A stretch of 64,000 nt of DNA from a virus. How positions within the stretch are numbered: position 1 is the first letter of the stretch; each line of letters begins with the position of its first letter. The stretch is from IMG/VR virus record IMGVR_UViG_3300045141_000294; one strand, written 5' to 3'. The position numbers and the translations under genes were made by a program. The notes under the pieces were generated by a model. The model was not told the DNA's origin. It ran no database searches and saw nothing but the letters and a program-made list of their open reading frames with translations. Of the stretch, positions 16,374 through 25,181 are shown one piece after another.

Positions 16374-17342
16374 TCAGAGCACGCCGTCCCAGAAGGTGCC
16401 ACCCTCCTTGACCGCACGCTTGTGGTTCTTGGCCACCAGCGCCTCGGTGTCCACGTCGCGCTCCTTGAGCGCCTCCAGCATCAGCCGGAGGTTGTGGAAG
16501 GCCTCGTCGTGGTTGATCGCGAACTGGCCCTGCTCGGTGTACCGGCGCAGCGTCAGGTCGAAGCCGTTGATCATGGCGTAGGCGCCGGTGATCTGCCGGA
16601 CCAGGGCGCCAGCGTCGTTCTGGAGCGCCCTGGTGGTCTTCCAGGTCACGTTGCGCAGCGAGGGCTGGGTCTCGCTGTAGCGCTGCACCCACACGTCCAG
16701 GGTGACCGTGGCTGCGGCCTTCTCCTGGCGCTTGGCCTCGCGCTCGATGGCCCGCTCCTGCTTGGACTTCTCGTCGGCGGTGTAGACCGAGCGGGGCCGC
16801 TTGAGGTCCTCGACCGGAGCGTGCGGGTAGCACACCGTGCAGGCGTCCGAGCCAGCCTTGGCGATGATCTCGGACTCGTCGTGGTCGGCCAACTCGATCA
16901 GCCACTCGTAGCGCGTGGTGGGGAAGCACGTCGAGCAGGACATCGAGGAGTGGACGTGGCCGTTGACGTTGGTGACCAGGAAGGCCCTGGTCCAGGGACG
17001 GCTGAGGTACTCAGCGGTGTACGGCGCCAACTCCTCGCGCAGGTCCTGGCCCTTCATCTTGAGGGTGAGCAGCCGCTGGTCGGCGTCCCGCAGGCCCTTG
17101 CGCGTGTACTCGGGCAGGCCCTCGGTGGTGCACACCTGGTCGAGGAACTCCCGGCTGTAGGCCTGGCGCTGCTCACGCCTGCCGCGCCCCAGGGCCTCGT
17201 GCAGGCGGTGCTCCAGGCTGTCCACGGCCCGCTGCTGGGCGAAGGCGTTGTCGAACTGGAGGTCGTAGATGCGGGCGATCTCGGTGTCGACCTGGACCGG
17301 GGTCCAGGTGCTGAGGTCGAGGGTGGTGGTCTGGTCGTTCAC
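16374..17342 (-). CDS. conserved actinophage early protein with HVH..CSTC and CTVC metal motifs
   Basis: RAFLV..GHVHSSMSCSTC..WL..ACTVCYPHAP; GTG start after a leader module. Confidence 0.75.
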   Translation of the reverse strand: MNDQTTTLDLSTWTPVQVDTEIARIYDLQFDNAFAQQRAVDSLEHRLHEALGRGRREQRQAYSREFLDQVCTTEGLPEYTRKGLRDADQRLLTLKMKGQDLREELAPYTAEYLSRPWTRAFLVTNVNGHVHSSMSCSTCFPTTRYEWLIELADHDESEIIAKAGSDACTVCYPHAPVEDLKRPRSVYTADEKSKQERAIEREAKRQEKAAATVTLDVWVQRYSETQPSLRNVTWKTTRALQNDAGALVRQITGAYAMINGFDLTLRRYTEQGQFAINHDEAFHNLRLMLEALKERDVDTEALVAKNHKRAVKEGGTFWDGVL

Positions 17343-17400
17343 GGGGCTCTCCTTGGGTCGGTCTCTCTGGCTCCACCAGAGTAGCACCAAGAAAGCCTGG
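17343..17400 (-). promoter_or_regulatory. conserved early promoter + leader module
   Basis: TTCTTGGTGC-TACTCT..GCCAGAGAGACC..GGAGAGCCCC-GTG. Confidence 0.7.
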
Positions 17401-17426
17401 GGAGAAGAGTCTCCCCAGGCTTTCTT
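17389..17426. terminator. terminator hairpin overlapping the next promoter
   Basis: Perfect 17-bp IR aagaaagcctggggaga / tctccccaggctttctt. Confidence 0.75.
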
Positions 17427-17440
17427 TGAGTGAGTTCAGA

Positions 17441-18415
17441 TCACAGGTCGCAGTTGCTCAGCGCCTCGTCCAGAGCCGACCGGGCCTCGTCGACCCACTC
17501 CTCGCTGGCCTCGCCCTCGATGGTGCCCTCGCCGCCACAGGTCTCGCACTGGGTGGTGCCCTCGCCGTCGCAGGTCGGGCAGTCGTCCTCTTCGCTCTCG
17601 ACGACCTCCCACTCGTCGGCGTCCTCCTCGGGGTGAGCGGCCAGGTAGGCGTCCAGGTTGGCCTGGGCCACCTCCTCGGTCAGGTAGCCCTCCTCGTCGA
17701 GGCTCTGGGCATCCGGGCCGGTGGCGTACCACTTGGAGGTGCCCTCGGCCTTGCCGGTGCCACCGCACTCCTCGCAGTCGACATCGCCGGTGCCCTCGCA
17801 GTCACCGCAGGCATCGTCCCACTCGGGGGCCTCGGCGTTGCCGATCTCGTCGACCCAGGCCTCCAGGGCCTCGACCTGCTCGCCGAGCACCGAGCCCTCA
17901 CCCAGGCCCTCGGGCATGTTGTCGAGGCTCTCCTGCTTCTCGTCCAGGAAGTCCTGGGCCATCGCGGCCAGGTCGTCGCGCAGGGCGTCGAAGTCCTCGG
18001 CAGCGGTGAACTCGTAGGACTGGATCAGGTCGCTGCCCTCGCTCATGATGCGAGCCACGTTGGCCGAGGCCGACGAGGAGTAGTCCCAGACGTTCCAGTC
18101 CGGGTGCTCGGCGTGCCGGTTCAACTGGCGCCCGCCGTAGGGGCCGGACTTGGGGCTGATGTGCTTGTACGGCGTGCCGATGGCGATCTTGCCGCCGTTG
18201 ATGTCGCAGCCGTGGAAGTCGCAGCGCAGCAGGTCCAGGGGCTGGTCCTTGTCGGCGACGGTCTTGGTCATGAAGACCGGGCCGCGCTTGGAGACCTTCT
18301 GCTCGCCGGTGCGCTTGTTGATCACGGGGGTCTTGACGGGCTGGCCGTCCTCCCCCAGCACGGGCACGGTCTTGTAGCGCTGCTGGGCCTTGGCGACTCG
18401 GGTGATGCGGGCCAT
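17441..18415 (-). CDS. acidic protein with DnaJ-type CxxCxGxG zinc-finger repeats
   Basis: CGDCEGTG, CEECGGTG, CPTCDGEG, CETCGGEG; no J domain. Confidence 0.8.
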   Translation of the reverse strand: MARITRVAKAQQRYKTVPVLGEDGQPVKTPVINKRTGEQKVSKRGPVFMTKTVADKDQPLDLLRCDFHGCDINGGKIAIGTPYKHISPKSGPYGGRQLNRHAEHPDWNVWDYSSSASANVARIMSEGSDLIQSYEFTAAEDFDALRDDLAAMAQDFLDEKQESLDNMPEGLGEGSVLGEQVEALEAWVDEIGNAEAPEWDDACGDCEGTGDVDCEECGGTGKAEGTSKWYATGPDAQSLDEEGYLTEEVAQANLDAYLAAHPEEDADEWEVVESEEDDCPTCDGEGTTQCETCGGEGTIEGEASEEWVDEARSALDEALSNCDL

Positions 18416-18495
18416 GGTGGCTCTCCTTCGGTTCAAGTGGTTCTCTGGCGTCTCCGACAGTAGCACCAAGGAAGCATAGTGCGGAAGACCTGGAG
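18416..18495 (-). promoter_or_regulatory. conserved early promoter + leader module
   Basis: GTCTTCCGCAC..TTCCTTGGTGC-TACTGT..GCCAGAGAACC..GGAGAGCCACC-ATG. Confidence 0.7.
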
Positions 18496-18539
18496 ACAAG
18501 ATGTTTTCATGAATCTTGGCCCATGCCAGACTGTCACCC

Positions 18540-19277
18540 GTGACTGGACGTGGCGCATGGCCCAACAAGGGCACAGGCGGGACCCTGAACTTCGACCGGA
18601 CGGCTCCTGGGCCGTACTACGCCCTGGCAGCCGGGGACATGTTCCCGGTGGGCTCGGACAAGCACTCGACCGACATCAACATCCGGGCCGTGCACGCCGG
18701 GGTCTTCGCCATCCAGCGGGCTCTCAACCGGCGCTTCAAGGACGACATCAAGGTGACCGGCATCTTCGACGACCCCACCGCCGATGCGGTGATGAAGTTC
18801 CAGCGGGAGCGGATGACCGGCCAGGTGCCGTGGCCCGGGGTAGGCCCGGAGACCTCCCAGGCCCTGTTCAGCCCGGACATCAAGGCCCGCTGCAAGAAGT
18901 TGGGCTGGGCCGACCCGGCAGTGGTCTGCGGGGTGATCAAGAACGAGTCCAACTTCGACCCCGGCGCCGTGGGGTTCGTCGATGACTCCGACCTGGGGCT
19001 GGCCCAGATCAACGGCCCGGCCCACCCCGACAGCAGCGAGGGCGAGCGGCTACAGCCGATCTACTCGATCGACTTCGTGATCGGCTACCTGGCCAACGCC
19101 ACCAAGGCCCTGCGGGACGAGGACCTGGCCATCGCCTCCTACAACCTCGGCCTGGGCGGCGCCCGCACATGGGACAAGGCCGGGCGCCCCAACCCCTACG
19201 CCCCGGCGCCGGGAGCCCCGGCCCGGGACGTAGAGGCCTACATCCAGCGGATCAAGACGGCCTGCCGGACTACCTAG
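18540..19277 (+). CDS. peptidoglycan-binding domain + soluble lytic transglycosylase (GH23-like)
   Basis: AIQRALN..GIFDDPT..AVMKFQ..GPET (PG-binding); IKNESNF..GLAQIN..ASYNLG (SLT); likely leaderless GTG at 18540 (ORF track starts at 18516). Confidence 0.8.
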   Translation: MTGRGAWPNKGTGGTLNFDRTAPGPYYALAAGDMFPVGSDKHSTDINIRAVHAGVFAIQRALNRRFKDDIKVTGIFDDPTADAVMKFQRERMTGQVPWPGVGPETSQALFSPDIKARCKKLGWADPAVVCGVIKNESNFDPGAVGFVDDSDLGLAQINGPAHPDSSEGERLQPIYSIDFVIGYLANATKALRDEDLAIASYNLGLGGARTWDKAGRPNPYAPAPGAPARDVEAYIQRIKTACRTT

Positions 19278-19593
19278 CCTCGGCCTTGTCGATGGCGTCC
19301 TGGAGCATCCGCTCGGGCAGGTCGGAGGAGAGCAGCGAGAGCAGCGTCTCCTCGCTCCTGAGCCCGGCCAGGATGGCCCTGGCCAACTCCAGCGGGAGCA
19401 CCACGCCGTAGCCTCCAGCAGCCTCCTGGGCCGCCTCCAGGTGGACATAGCGCTCGACCATCTCGTTGAGCCGAGCCCCCTCCTCAGGAGACCACTCGCG
19501 GATGACCCGCTCGTTCTCCTCGGCGATGGCCTTGTCGACGGCCTTCTCGAACGGGCCGGGCTTGAGCATGTGGTCGTAGGGGTTCTCGGTCAT
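19270..19593 (-). CDS. hypothetical protein
   Basis: ORF convergent with the SLT gene. Confidence 0.55.
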   Translation of the reverse strand: MTENPYDHMLKPGPFEKAVDKAIAEENERVIREWSPEEGARLNEMVERYVHLEAAQEAAGGYGVVLPLELARAILAGLRSEETLLSLLSSDLPERMLQDAIDKAEAR

Positions 19594-19594
19594 C

Positions 19595-19768
19595 TCAGGT
19601 TCCCTTCGGGTGGTCTGCGCACCGGTCGATGCGCATCGTGCTGCTGTGGGTGGAGAAGAACGTGATGGTCACCGAGCAGCCGCAGGGGGCTGTCGCGGTG
19701 TGGCCGTTCTTCTTGGCCTTGGCCCGCTTGGTGGCCTCGACGATGAGAGTGCCGATGGAGGTGGTCAC
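19595..19768 (-). CDS. small Cys-containing hypothetical protein
   Basis: Coupled GTG; PCGC...RCADH. Confidence 0.5.
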   Translation of the reverse strand: MTTSIGTLIVEATKRAKAKKNGHTATAPCGCSVTITFFSTHSSTMRIDRCADHPKGT

Positions 19769-20067
19769 TCCACCACCTCGACATCGGTGATCTCGGTGAC
19801 CCCGGGACGCACCACGATGGTGAACGTCTGGTCGGCGTAGGTGGTCCACTCGGGGCCGTCGGTGGTCCGCTTGAGGGCGGCGACGGTCTTCATGGACCGC
19901 AGCACCTCGGGCTTGCGGGCGATCCGGCCCTGGGGGGCCTCGAAGCGGTGCTGGCCCTCAGCCGGGCTGCGGCGGTAGCCGAGCCGGACGGCCATCACGT
20001 CGTTGACCGTGGTGAAGGTCTGAACGTGCTCGCCCCGGAAGGTCAGGGTGTAGGTGTGCTTGCTCAT
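19765..20067 (-). CDS. hypothetical early protein
   Basis: First gene after a promoter module. Confidence 0.65.
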   Translation of the reverse strand: MSKHTYTLTFRGEHVQTFTTVNDVMAVRLGYRRSPAEGQHRFEAPQGRIARKPEVLRSMKTVAALKRTTDGPEWTTYADQTFTIVVRPGVTEITDVEVVE

Positions 20068-20135
20068 GTGGCTCTCCTTGGTGTCTCTGGCTACTGCCAA
20101 GGTACACCAAGAAAAGTGCGTGTGGAAGACTTTGA
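20068..20135 (-). promoter_or_regulatory. conserved early promoter + leader module
   Basis: GTCTTCCACAC..TTCTTGGTG-TACCTT..GCCAGAGACACC..GGAGAGCCAC-ATG. Confidence 0.7.
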
Positions 20136-20147
20136 GTCAAGATGTTT

Positions 20148-20453
20148 TCAGGAATGCTGCTCAGGGTGCTCGGCCTCGAAGCGGTCAAGCACGCTCTGCG
20201 GCAGGCCGTTCATGAACGGGGCGCCACCGGGGCGGGTGGTGAGGCCCTGGTGGAACTCACCGCCGTAGCGGTTGATGACCTGGAGGGCGACGGAGAAGGC
20301 GTTCTTGTCGGTGGGGTCCACGTCGACCTCGATCACCCACGGCCTACCGTGCCAGGGCTCGACCATCACGGGAGTGTCACCGTCCATCCCCATCGGCAGG
20401 GACGCCTCGGCCCTGCGAGCCTCGGCCTCGGTGTGGAAGTACGCGGGGATCAT
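20148..20453 (-). CDS. hypothetical protein
   Basis: ORF in operon context. Confidence 0.6.
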   Translation of the reverse strand: MIPAYFHTEAEARRAEASLPMGMDGDTPVMVEPWHGRPWVIEVDVDPTDKNAFSVALQVINRYGGEFHQGLTTRPGGAPFMNGLPQSVLDRFEAEHPEQHS

Positions 20454-20457
20454 GACC

Positions 20458-21009
20458 TCACTGTCCCATCTGGTTCTGGTGGTAGGTGAGAGACGCCTGC
20501 TCGGTCTTGCGCGAGTGGGCTCCCCAGGCCACCTGGATCACCACCCAGACCAGCAGCACCTTGGTGGCGAAGACGGGCTCGATGGCCCTCAGCCAGGCGA
20601 AGCCGACCCCGCCGACCCACATCGGCACGAACATCATCAGCGAGATCGGCAGCGCCACCTCGGCGTCCGGGCCGGACTGGCCGAGCCACCAGGCCCCCAG
20701 GATCAGGATCGCCGAGAGGATGCTCCAGCCCCAGAAGGACTCCCAGGGGAAGACCGTGGAGGGCTTGGCCCAGGCATCCTGCTGAGCGGGCGTGTGGTAG
20801 TCGTAGATCGCCTCGCCCTTGGGCTGGGTCTTGCCGATGTAGTGGTAGAACCAGCGGTTGTCCTCAGGGCGAATCTCGATCAGGCGGTAGTACCCGGCTC
20901 CGTGGCCGTCGGCGCCCTGCGGGGCGGTCTCCTCGCTCAGCAGCAGGACCTTTCCGAGGAAGAACCCGGCTGGTCGTCTGCTGAGGAGGAAGTCTGTGGT
21001 GGCACTCAT
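20458..21009 (-). CDS. membrane protein (about 3 C-terminal TM helices)
   Basis: Hydrophobic segments; RBS ggagagccaccc. Confidence 0.7.
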   Translation of the reverse strand: MSATTDFLLSRRPAGFFLGKVLLLSEETAPQGADGHGAGYYRLIEIRPEDNRWFYHYIGKTQPKGEAIYDYHTPAQQDAWAKPSTVFPWESFWGWSILSAILILGAWWLGQSGPDAEVALPISLMMFVPMWVGGVGFAWLRAIEPVFATKVLLVWVVIQVAWGAHSRKTEQASLTYHQNQMGQ

Positions 21010-21065
21010 GGGTGGCTCTCCTTCGTGTCGTGGAGATGCCAGAATAGCACCAAGAAACCTTGGAG
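21010..21065 (-). promoter_or_regulatory. conserved promoter + leader module (variant)
   Basis: CCAAGGTTTCTTGGTGC-TATTCT..GGAGAGCCACCC-ATG. Confidence 0.6.
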
Positions 21066-24000
21066 TCATGAAGAGCCCAGCGAGAAGTTCTCCCACTCCC
21101 CTGCGATGACGCACCAGACCTCATCGACATCCCAGGTCATGCGTTCGATCTTCGGGAGGAAGCGAACGTGGTACTTCGAGTACGAGAGGGTCAGATGTGG
21201 GGTGAACTCGTGGTCGGTGCGCGGTGAGTAGCCGCCCTTCTCCAGGGCATGGATCAGCCGCTCGTGCATCAGGTTGACCCCGGGGATCGCCACGCTGGCC
21301 CACATGACGTGCTGGCCGTCCTCGTCGGCCTTGAGGAAGGTCCCGGCGCCCTGGGTGGTGGCGCTCAGCGGCATCTCGGCCTCGGCCCAGGCCGCCACCA
21401 CCTCGGGCAGGTCGCGCAGTTGGGCCTTGGTCATCTCGGTGGTCTCGCCCAGGTAGGCCAGGGTGATGTGCAGGCTGTCGACGGGCTCGGTGCCGTCCTC
21501 CTGCACCAGGGCCTCGGCCACCTTCGGCGGTGGCACCAGGGCCACCATCACGCCCTTGGAGTGGTCGGTGTCCTTGGCAGCCTGGTGCTGCTGAGGGAGC
21601 GAGGGAGCATGCGGTGCGAGCCGGAACTCCTTGGGCCACTCCGGCTTGCTCGGTGGGATGACCTCGGTCACCGGGTGGTAGTCCATGCAGGAGATGCACA
21701 TCCCGACAAGCGACCCATCGGGCTCTCGACTCATGGCGCGGGGCAGGTGGCCGGTGCCGTCGCAGACCTCCTCCTTGGCGGCGGTGTGCTGCTGGGGGAG
21801 GCTCTTCGAGCCCACGGAGAGCACGTCGCTGGGTGCGCACATCTCCGGGGTACGGCCCTCATGGGTACCTCGCCACTCCTCCGGGATGGACTTGGGCGGC
21901 GGGTTGCCGCGTGCTCCCTTGACCTCGGAGTCGTACATCCGGCACACCCGCAGCGGGACGTGGGACCAGCCCGCCCGCTCGGCTGCGGTGAGCCGGTGGT
22001 TGCCCTCGCCCAGGGATGCCACGTTCTCCTCGTTGTGGTGCAGCAGCATCAGCGGGTCAGTCATCCCCCGGCCATCGCGGAGTTGGCTGGCGATCTCGTC
22101 GACCTTCTGCTCCGAGCCCGCGTGCTGCACCCCGGAGTGCTCCCGGAACCTCTTGGCCACCTCGATCGGCACCCACTCGGCGTGCGGGTAGCCGTCCCAG
22201 CCGGACAGGTCGTCACCGGGGCTGTAGCCGGGCCTGGTGGCCTGCCTCTCGGCATGCTCCCTGACCCGTTGCTGGTACTCGGCATCGTCGTCCTTGGCGC
22301 CGAGCCGGTGCTGGAAGGTCGTCGAGTGGGCAGGTGTACCGGCCTCCTCGGGGCTCACCGCATCACGCCAGGAGCGCCCGTCACCGGACAGCCGGTCGGA
22401 GTGCTGGATGCCCGGGGTGATCTCCAGAGCCCTGCGGAACATCTCGGCCCCCAACCCTCGGCGCCGGTGCTCGGAGGCGACCTCGGCCTTGTCGATCTTC
22501 GGGCCGAACGAGGGGTTGTCCTTGTACGGGCCGTCGCCGGGGTCCCACCACGACAGACGACCGATCTGAGTGCCCTCCAGGAAGGCGTTGAGGGAGTGGT
22601 GCCCGCTGGGCCTCCCCTCGCTGTAGGGGTCCCTGGGAGGGCTGTGCCGGTACTCCACCGGGTCCGGGTCGGGGCGATCCTTGACCCCCTCCTTGCCCTT
22701 CAACTGGTCGTCGATGTGCCGCTCGAAGGTGCCCGGGGCGTAGTGCGGGGTGGTCTTGTCGATGTGGTTCATGAACCTGCCCCGGACCTCGGGGTCGTTG
22801 AGCATCTTCACGGTGCCGGGAGGGTTGGAGGGGTCGGAGGCGAGCAGGTCCATGAACTGCTCCATGGCGTCCCGGAAGTCCAGGTCGTCATCTTCCTTGG
22901 CGCCCTCGTGCCGCAACTCGTCCTCGCTGTGGAAGGGCAACTCCGGCTGGCGCCCGTGGTGCTCCTCGGCATGGCTGATGTCCGGGCCGTTGTAGCCCCA
23001 CTCGTCAAAGGCGTCCTGGCTCCAGTTGACGTGCTTGGCGGGCACCGTGGCCTTGAGGATGCGGTAGTCGTCGTCCTCCGGGACGTTCGACATGCCGTGC
23101 TGCTGGGCATAGCCGGGATGCAGGGTCACCCAGTCACCGGAGTGGATGTCGGTGACGTGGTGGGGGACCGCCCGGTAGATGCTGACCGGGGCCTCGGGGT
23201 TGCCCCGGGCCTTCTTCATCTGCTGGAAGGCCCCCATGGCGTTCTCGTAGCCCCGCTTGGCGTCCCGCCACTCGATCGAGCAGTGGTAACGGGACACCGA
23301 GCCGGGAGGCCGGGGGCCGTTGTGGTACTCGGGGTGCTCGTAGAGGTCATCGGGAAGTTCGTGCAGAGCGGGCTCCTCCGGCCCGGCTGGTCGATGGCTA
23401 CCCCGCCAGTCGTACTCGGCGAGGTGCTGGAGCAGGGAGCCCTCGTGCATCCAGTCGTCGTCGTGGTCGGAGTGCTCGCACCAGGACGGCTGGACCTTCT
23501 CGGCACCAGGCACGAACTTGTGGACGTCGCAGGGCCAGTGCCCGACCTTCTTGACCTTCTGGATCACCGGCTCGTCGTCGTGACCGAAGCCGGTCCACTT
23601 CCCCTGCACCAGGTGGGCTCGACGGTCCGGTGAGGTGTTGCGGCCCCTCCGGCAGTCTTCGAGGTGCCCCTGGAGCATGTCGTGGGTGTCGTCGTGCATC
23701 TCGGTGTTCTCGGGGTCGTGCTCCCACAGGTCGCAGTGCTCGGGGCCTCCACAGCCCTCGTAGTGCTCCCCCCGGTCCATGTCGTAGTCGGGGTCCATCG
23801 GCTGGCCGTGCTTGTCCAGGTCGTAGACGCTGACGCCCTCCTCACGATGCCCGGTGATGTGGTTCATCGAGCGCTCGTCGGCGGGCCAGTCCCCGAACCG
23901 GACGTAGGTCGGGTGGGGGTGGTCGAAGCCGAACGCCCGGTTGTGCTCCTGGGAGTTCGAGGCCATCCCGAAGTGCCGGAGCAGCGAGACACGCTGGTCG

Positions 24001-25181
24001 ATGTGGGCCTGCTCGAAGTTCCATCGGTCTCGCACCTTCGGGTCCTGCCACTTCGGATGACGTCCCAGGTCCTCAACCGACTTGACCTTGCTGGAACGGA
24101 TGGCCATCGAGGTGCTGCCCTTGTCCTCGGCCTCGTTGCGGTACAGATGCGCGTCGTAGTCTCCACAGTTGGCCTGGAAGTCGAGACTCCCGGCGCCCCT
24201 GCCGTACTTGTCGTCGTCCTGGTCGGCATGGACGTAGGGACAGATGCGCGTCCCCGGGGCGATTCGGACCCGATGCAGCCGCGAGTGTGGAATATGGAGC
24301 GAGAACTCGTCTCCGGCATCCCACTCGTCCGGGTCGATCCGATCCAGGGCGGCCTGCTTCGTGCCGATGTGCAGCCAGCCGGTACCGGACCAGTTGATCT
24401 TGTCGTGGAGCCTGCGGCCATTGTCGATGACTCCAGCGTGGTACCAGTCCTGCTGGGTCGCCGGGTCAGGAGCAGCAAAGTGCTGGAGCAGCGAGGAGTG
24501 GTGGCTCAACTGCTCGGAGTACTGGCCGGGCTCGTCGAGGTCGTGGCCGCAGTGGGCACACCCACCCCAGGACGGGTCGTCCTTGCTGTGCGGGTACAGG
24601 CACTCGTGGCAGACATCGCCCTCCTCGCACGGCTCGGAGGCATGGTGCACCGAGTGGATGGTGATGTCCTCGGGGTGGAAGGCGATCGCGCACTCGTGCA
24701 GGTGTGAGCCCTCGTACTCGTTGCCGTAGGTGATCCCGTCATGGCCCTTGCTCTCCAGGTGCTCCCGGAAGCCCTGGGCGATCTCCTTGACGTGCGGGTG
24801 GTAGCGCAACTGGGAGGCCGGGTCGTGGCTGCCCTCGGGGGACAGCCCGTGGATGTCGTGGCCGTTGTCGTCCGCCCAGTTGCGGGCCGCCCGGTCGAGG
24901 TCCTTCTCGGAGTAGTAGTGCTTGGGGTTCTTGGCGGCCAGGCCGACGTGGTAGACCGCCCCGGAGTGCCCGAAGGCGATCTGGGCAGCGGTGTCGTGCT
25001 CGCTGGAGAAGTGGCTGCCCAGATGGCAGTTCCAGTGCTTGGGGTCCCCGGTGCCCTCCCGCTCCCGCACGTCCGGGTCGAACTTCTCGAAGGGCTCCAT
25101 GGTGCTGCTGCCGTGGAACCAGGGCTCCTCGATGCCAGCGGTCTTCTGCGGGAGGTAGGACCAGCCGTACCACTGGGTCAT
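21066..25181 (-). CDS. polyvalent protein 2 (1371 aa): 4 ART-like + GNAT + ParB-like + 2H phosphodiesterase domains
   Basis: WFHGS/GSHF/GHDGITYGNEYE; WYHAG/HIGTKQAALDR/YRNEAEDKGS; YVRFG/GVSVY/DEP; IYRAVP/GDWVT/EWGY; V..EHRRRGLG; EGNHRL; HITL...HLTL. Confidence 0.8.
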   Translation of the reverse strand: MTQWYGWSYLPQKTAGIEEPWFHGSSTMEPFEKFDPDVREREGTGDPKHWNCHLGSHFSSEHDTAAQIAFGHSGAVYHVGLAAKNPKHYYSEKDLDRAARNWADDNGHDIHGLSPEGSHDPASQLRYHPHVKEIAQGFREHLESKGHDGITYGNEYEGSHLHECAIAFHPEDITIHSVHHASEPCEEGDVCHECLYPHSKDDPSWGGCAHCGHDLDEPGQYSEQLSHHSSLLQHFAAPDPATQQDWYHAGVIDNGRRLHDKINWSGTGWLHIGTKQAALDRIDPDEWDAGDEFSLHIPHSRLHRVRIAPGTRICPYVHADQDDDKYGRGAGSLDFQANCGDYDAHLYRNEAEDKGSTSMAIRSSKVKSVEDLGRHPKWQDPKVRDRWNFEQAHIDQRVSLLRHFGMASNSQEHNRAFGFDHPHPTYVRFGDWPADERSMNHITGHREEGVSVYDLDKHGQPMDPDYDMDRGEHYEGCGGPEHCDLWEHDPENTEMHDDTHDMLQGHLEDCRRGRNTSPDRRAHLVQGKWTGFGHDDEPVIQKVKKVGHWPCDVHKFVPGAEKVQPSWCEHSDHDDDWMHEGSLLQHLAEYDWRGSHRPAGPEEPALHELPDDLYEHPEYHNGPRPPGSVSRYHCSIEWRDAKRGYENAMGAFQQMKKARGNPEAPVSIYRAVPHHVTDIHSGDWVTLHPGYAQQHGMSNVPEDDDYRILKATVPAKHVNWSQDAFDEWGYNGPDISHAEEHHGRQPELPFHSEDELRHEGAKEDDDLDFRDAMEQFMDLLASDPSNPPGTVKMLNDPEVRGRFMNHIDKTTPHYAPGTFERHIDDQLKGKEGVKDRPDPDPVEYRHSPPRDPYSEGRPSGHHSLNAFLEGTQIGRLSWWDPGDGPYKDNPSFGPKIDKAEVASEHRRRGLGAEMFRRALEITPGIQHSDRLSGDGRSWRDAVSPEEAGTPAHSTTFQHRLGAKDDDAEYQQRVREHAERQATRPGYSPGDDLSGWDGYPHAEWVPIEVAKRFREHSGVQHAGSEQKVDEIASQLRDGRGMTDPLMLLHHNEENVASLGEGNHRLTAAERAGWSHVPLRVCRMYDSEVKGARGNPPPKSIPEEWRGTHEGRTPEMCAPSDVLSVGSKSLPQQHTAAKEEVCDGTGHLPRAMSREPDGSLVGMCISCMDYHPVTEVIPPSKPEWPKEFRLAPHAPSLPQQHQAAKDTDHSKGVMVALVPPPKVAEALVQEDGTEPVDSLHITLAYLGETTEMTKAQLRDLPEVVAAWAEAEMPLSATTQGAGTFLKADEDGQHVMWASVAIPGVNLMHERLIHALEKGGYSPRTDHEFTPHLTLSYSKYHVRFLPKIERMTWDVDEVWCVIAGEWENFSLGSS

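Noticed and set aside
21249-23633. Long plus-strand ORFs (also 9843..11450, 27269..28675, 29798..31789, 31647..33380, 40701..42155, 46178..47395, 55306..56562)
   Set aside because: These are antisense shadows of clear minus-strand genes, typical of high-GC DNA, with no recognisable motifs
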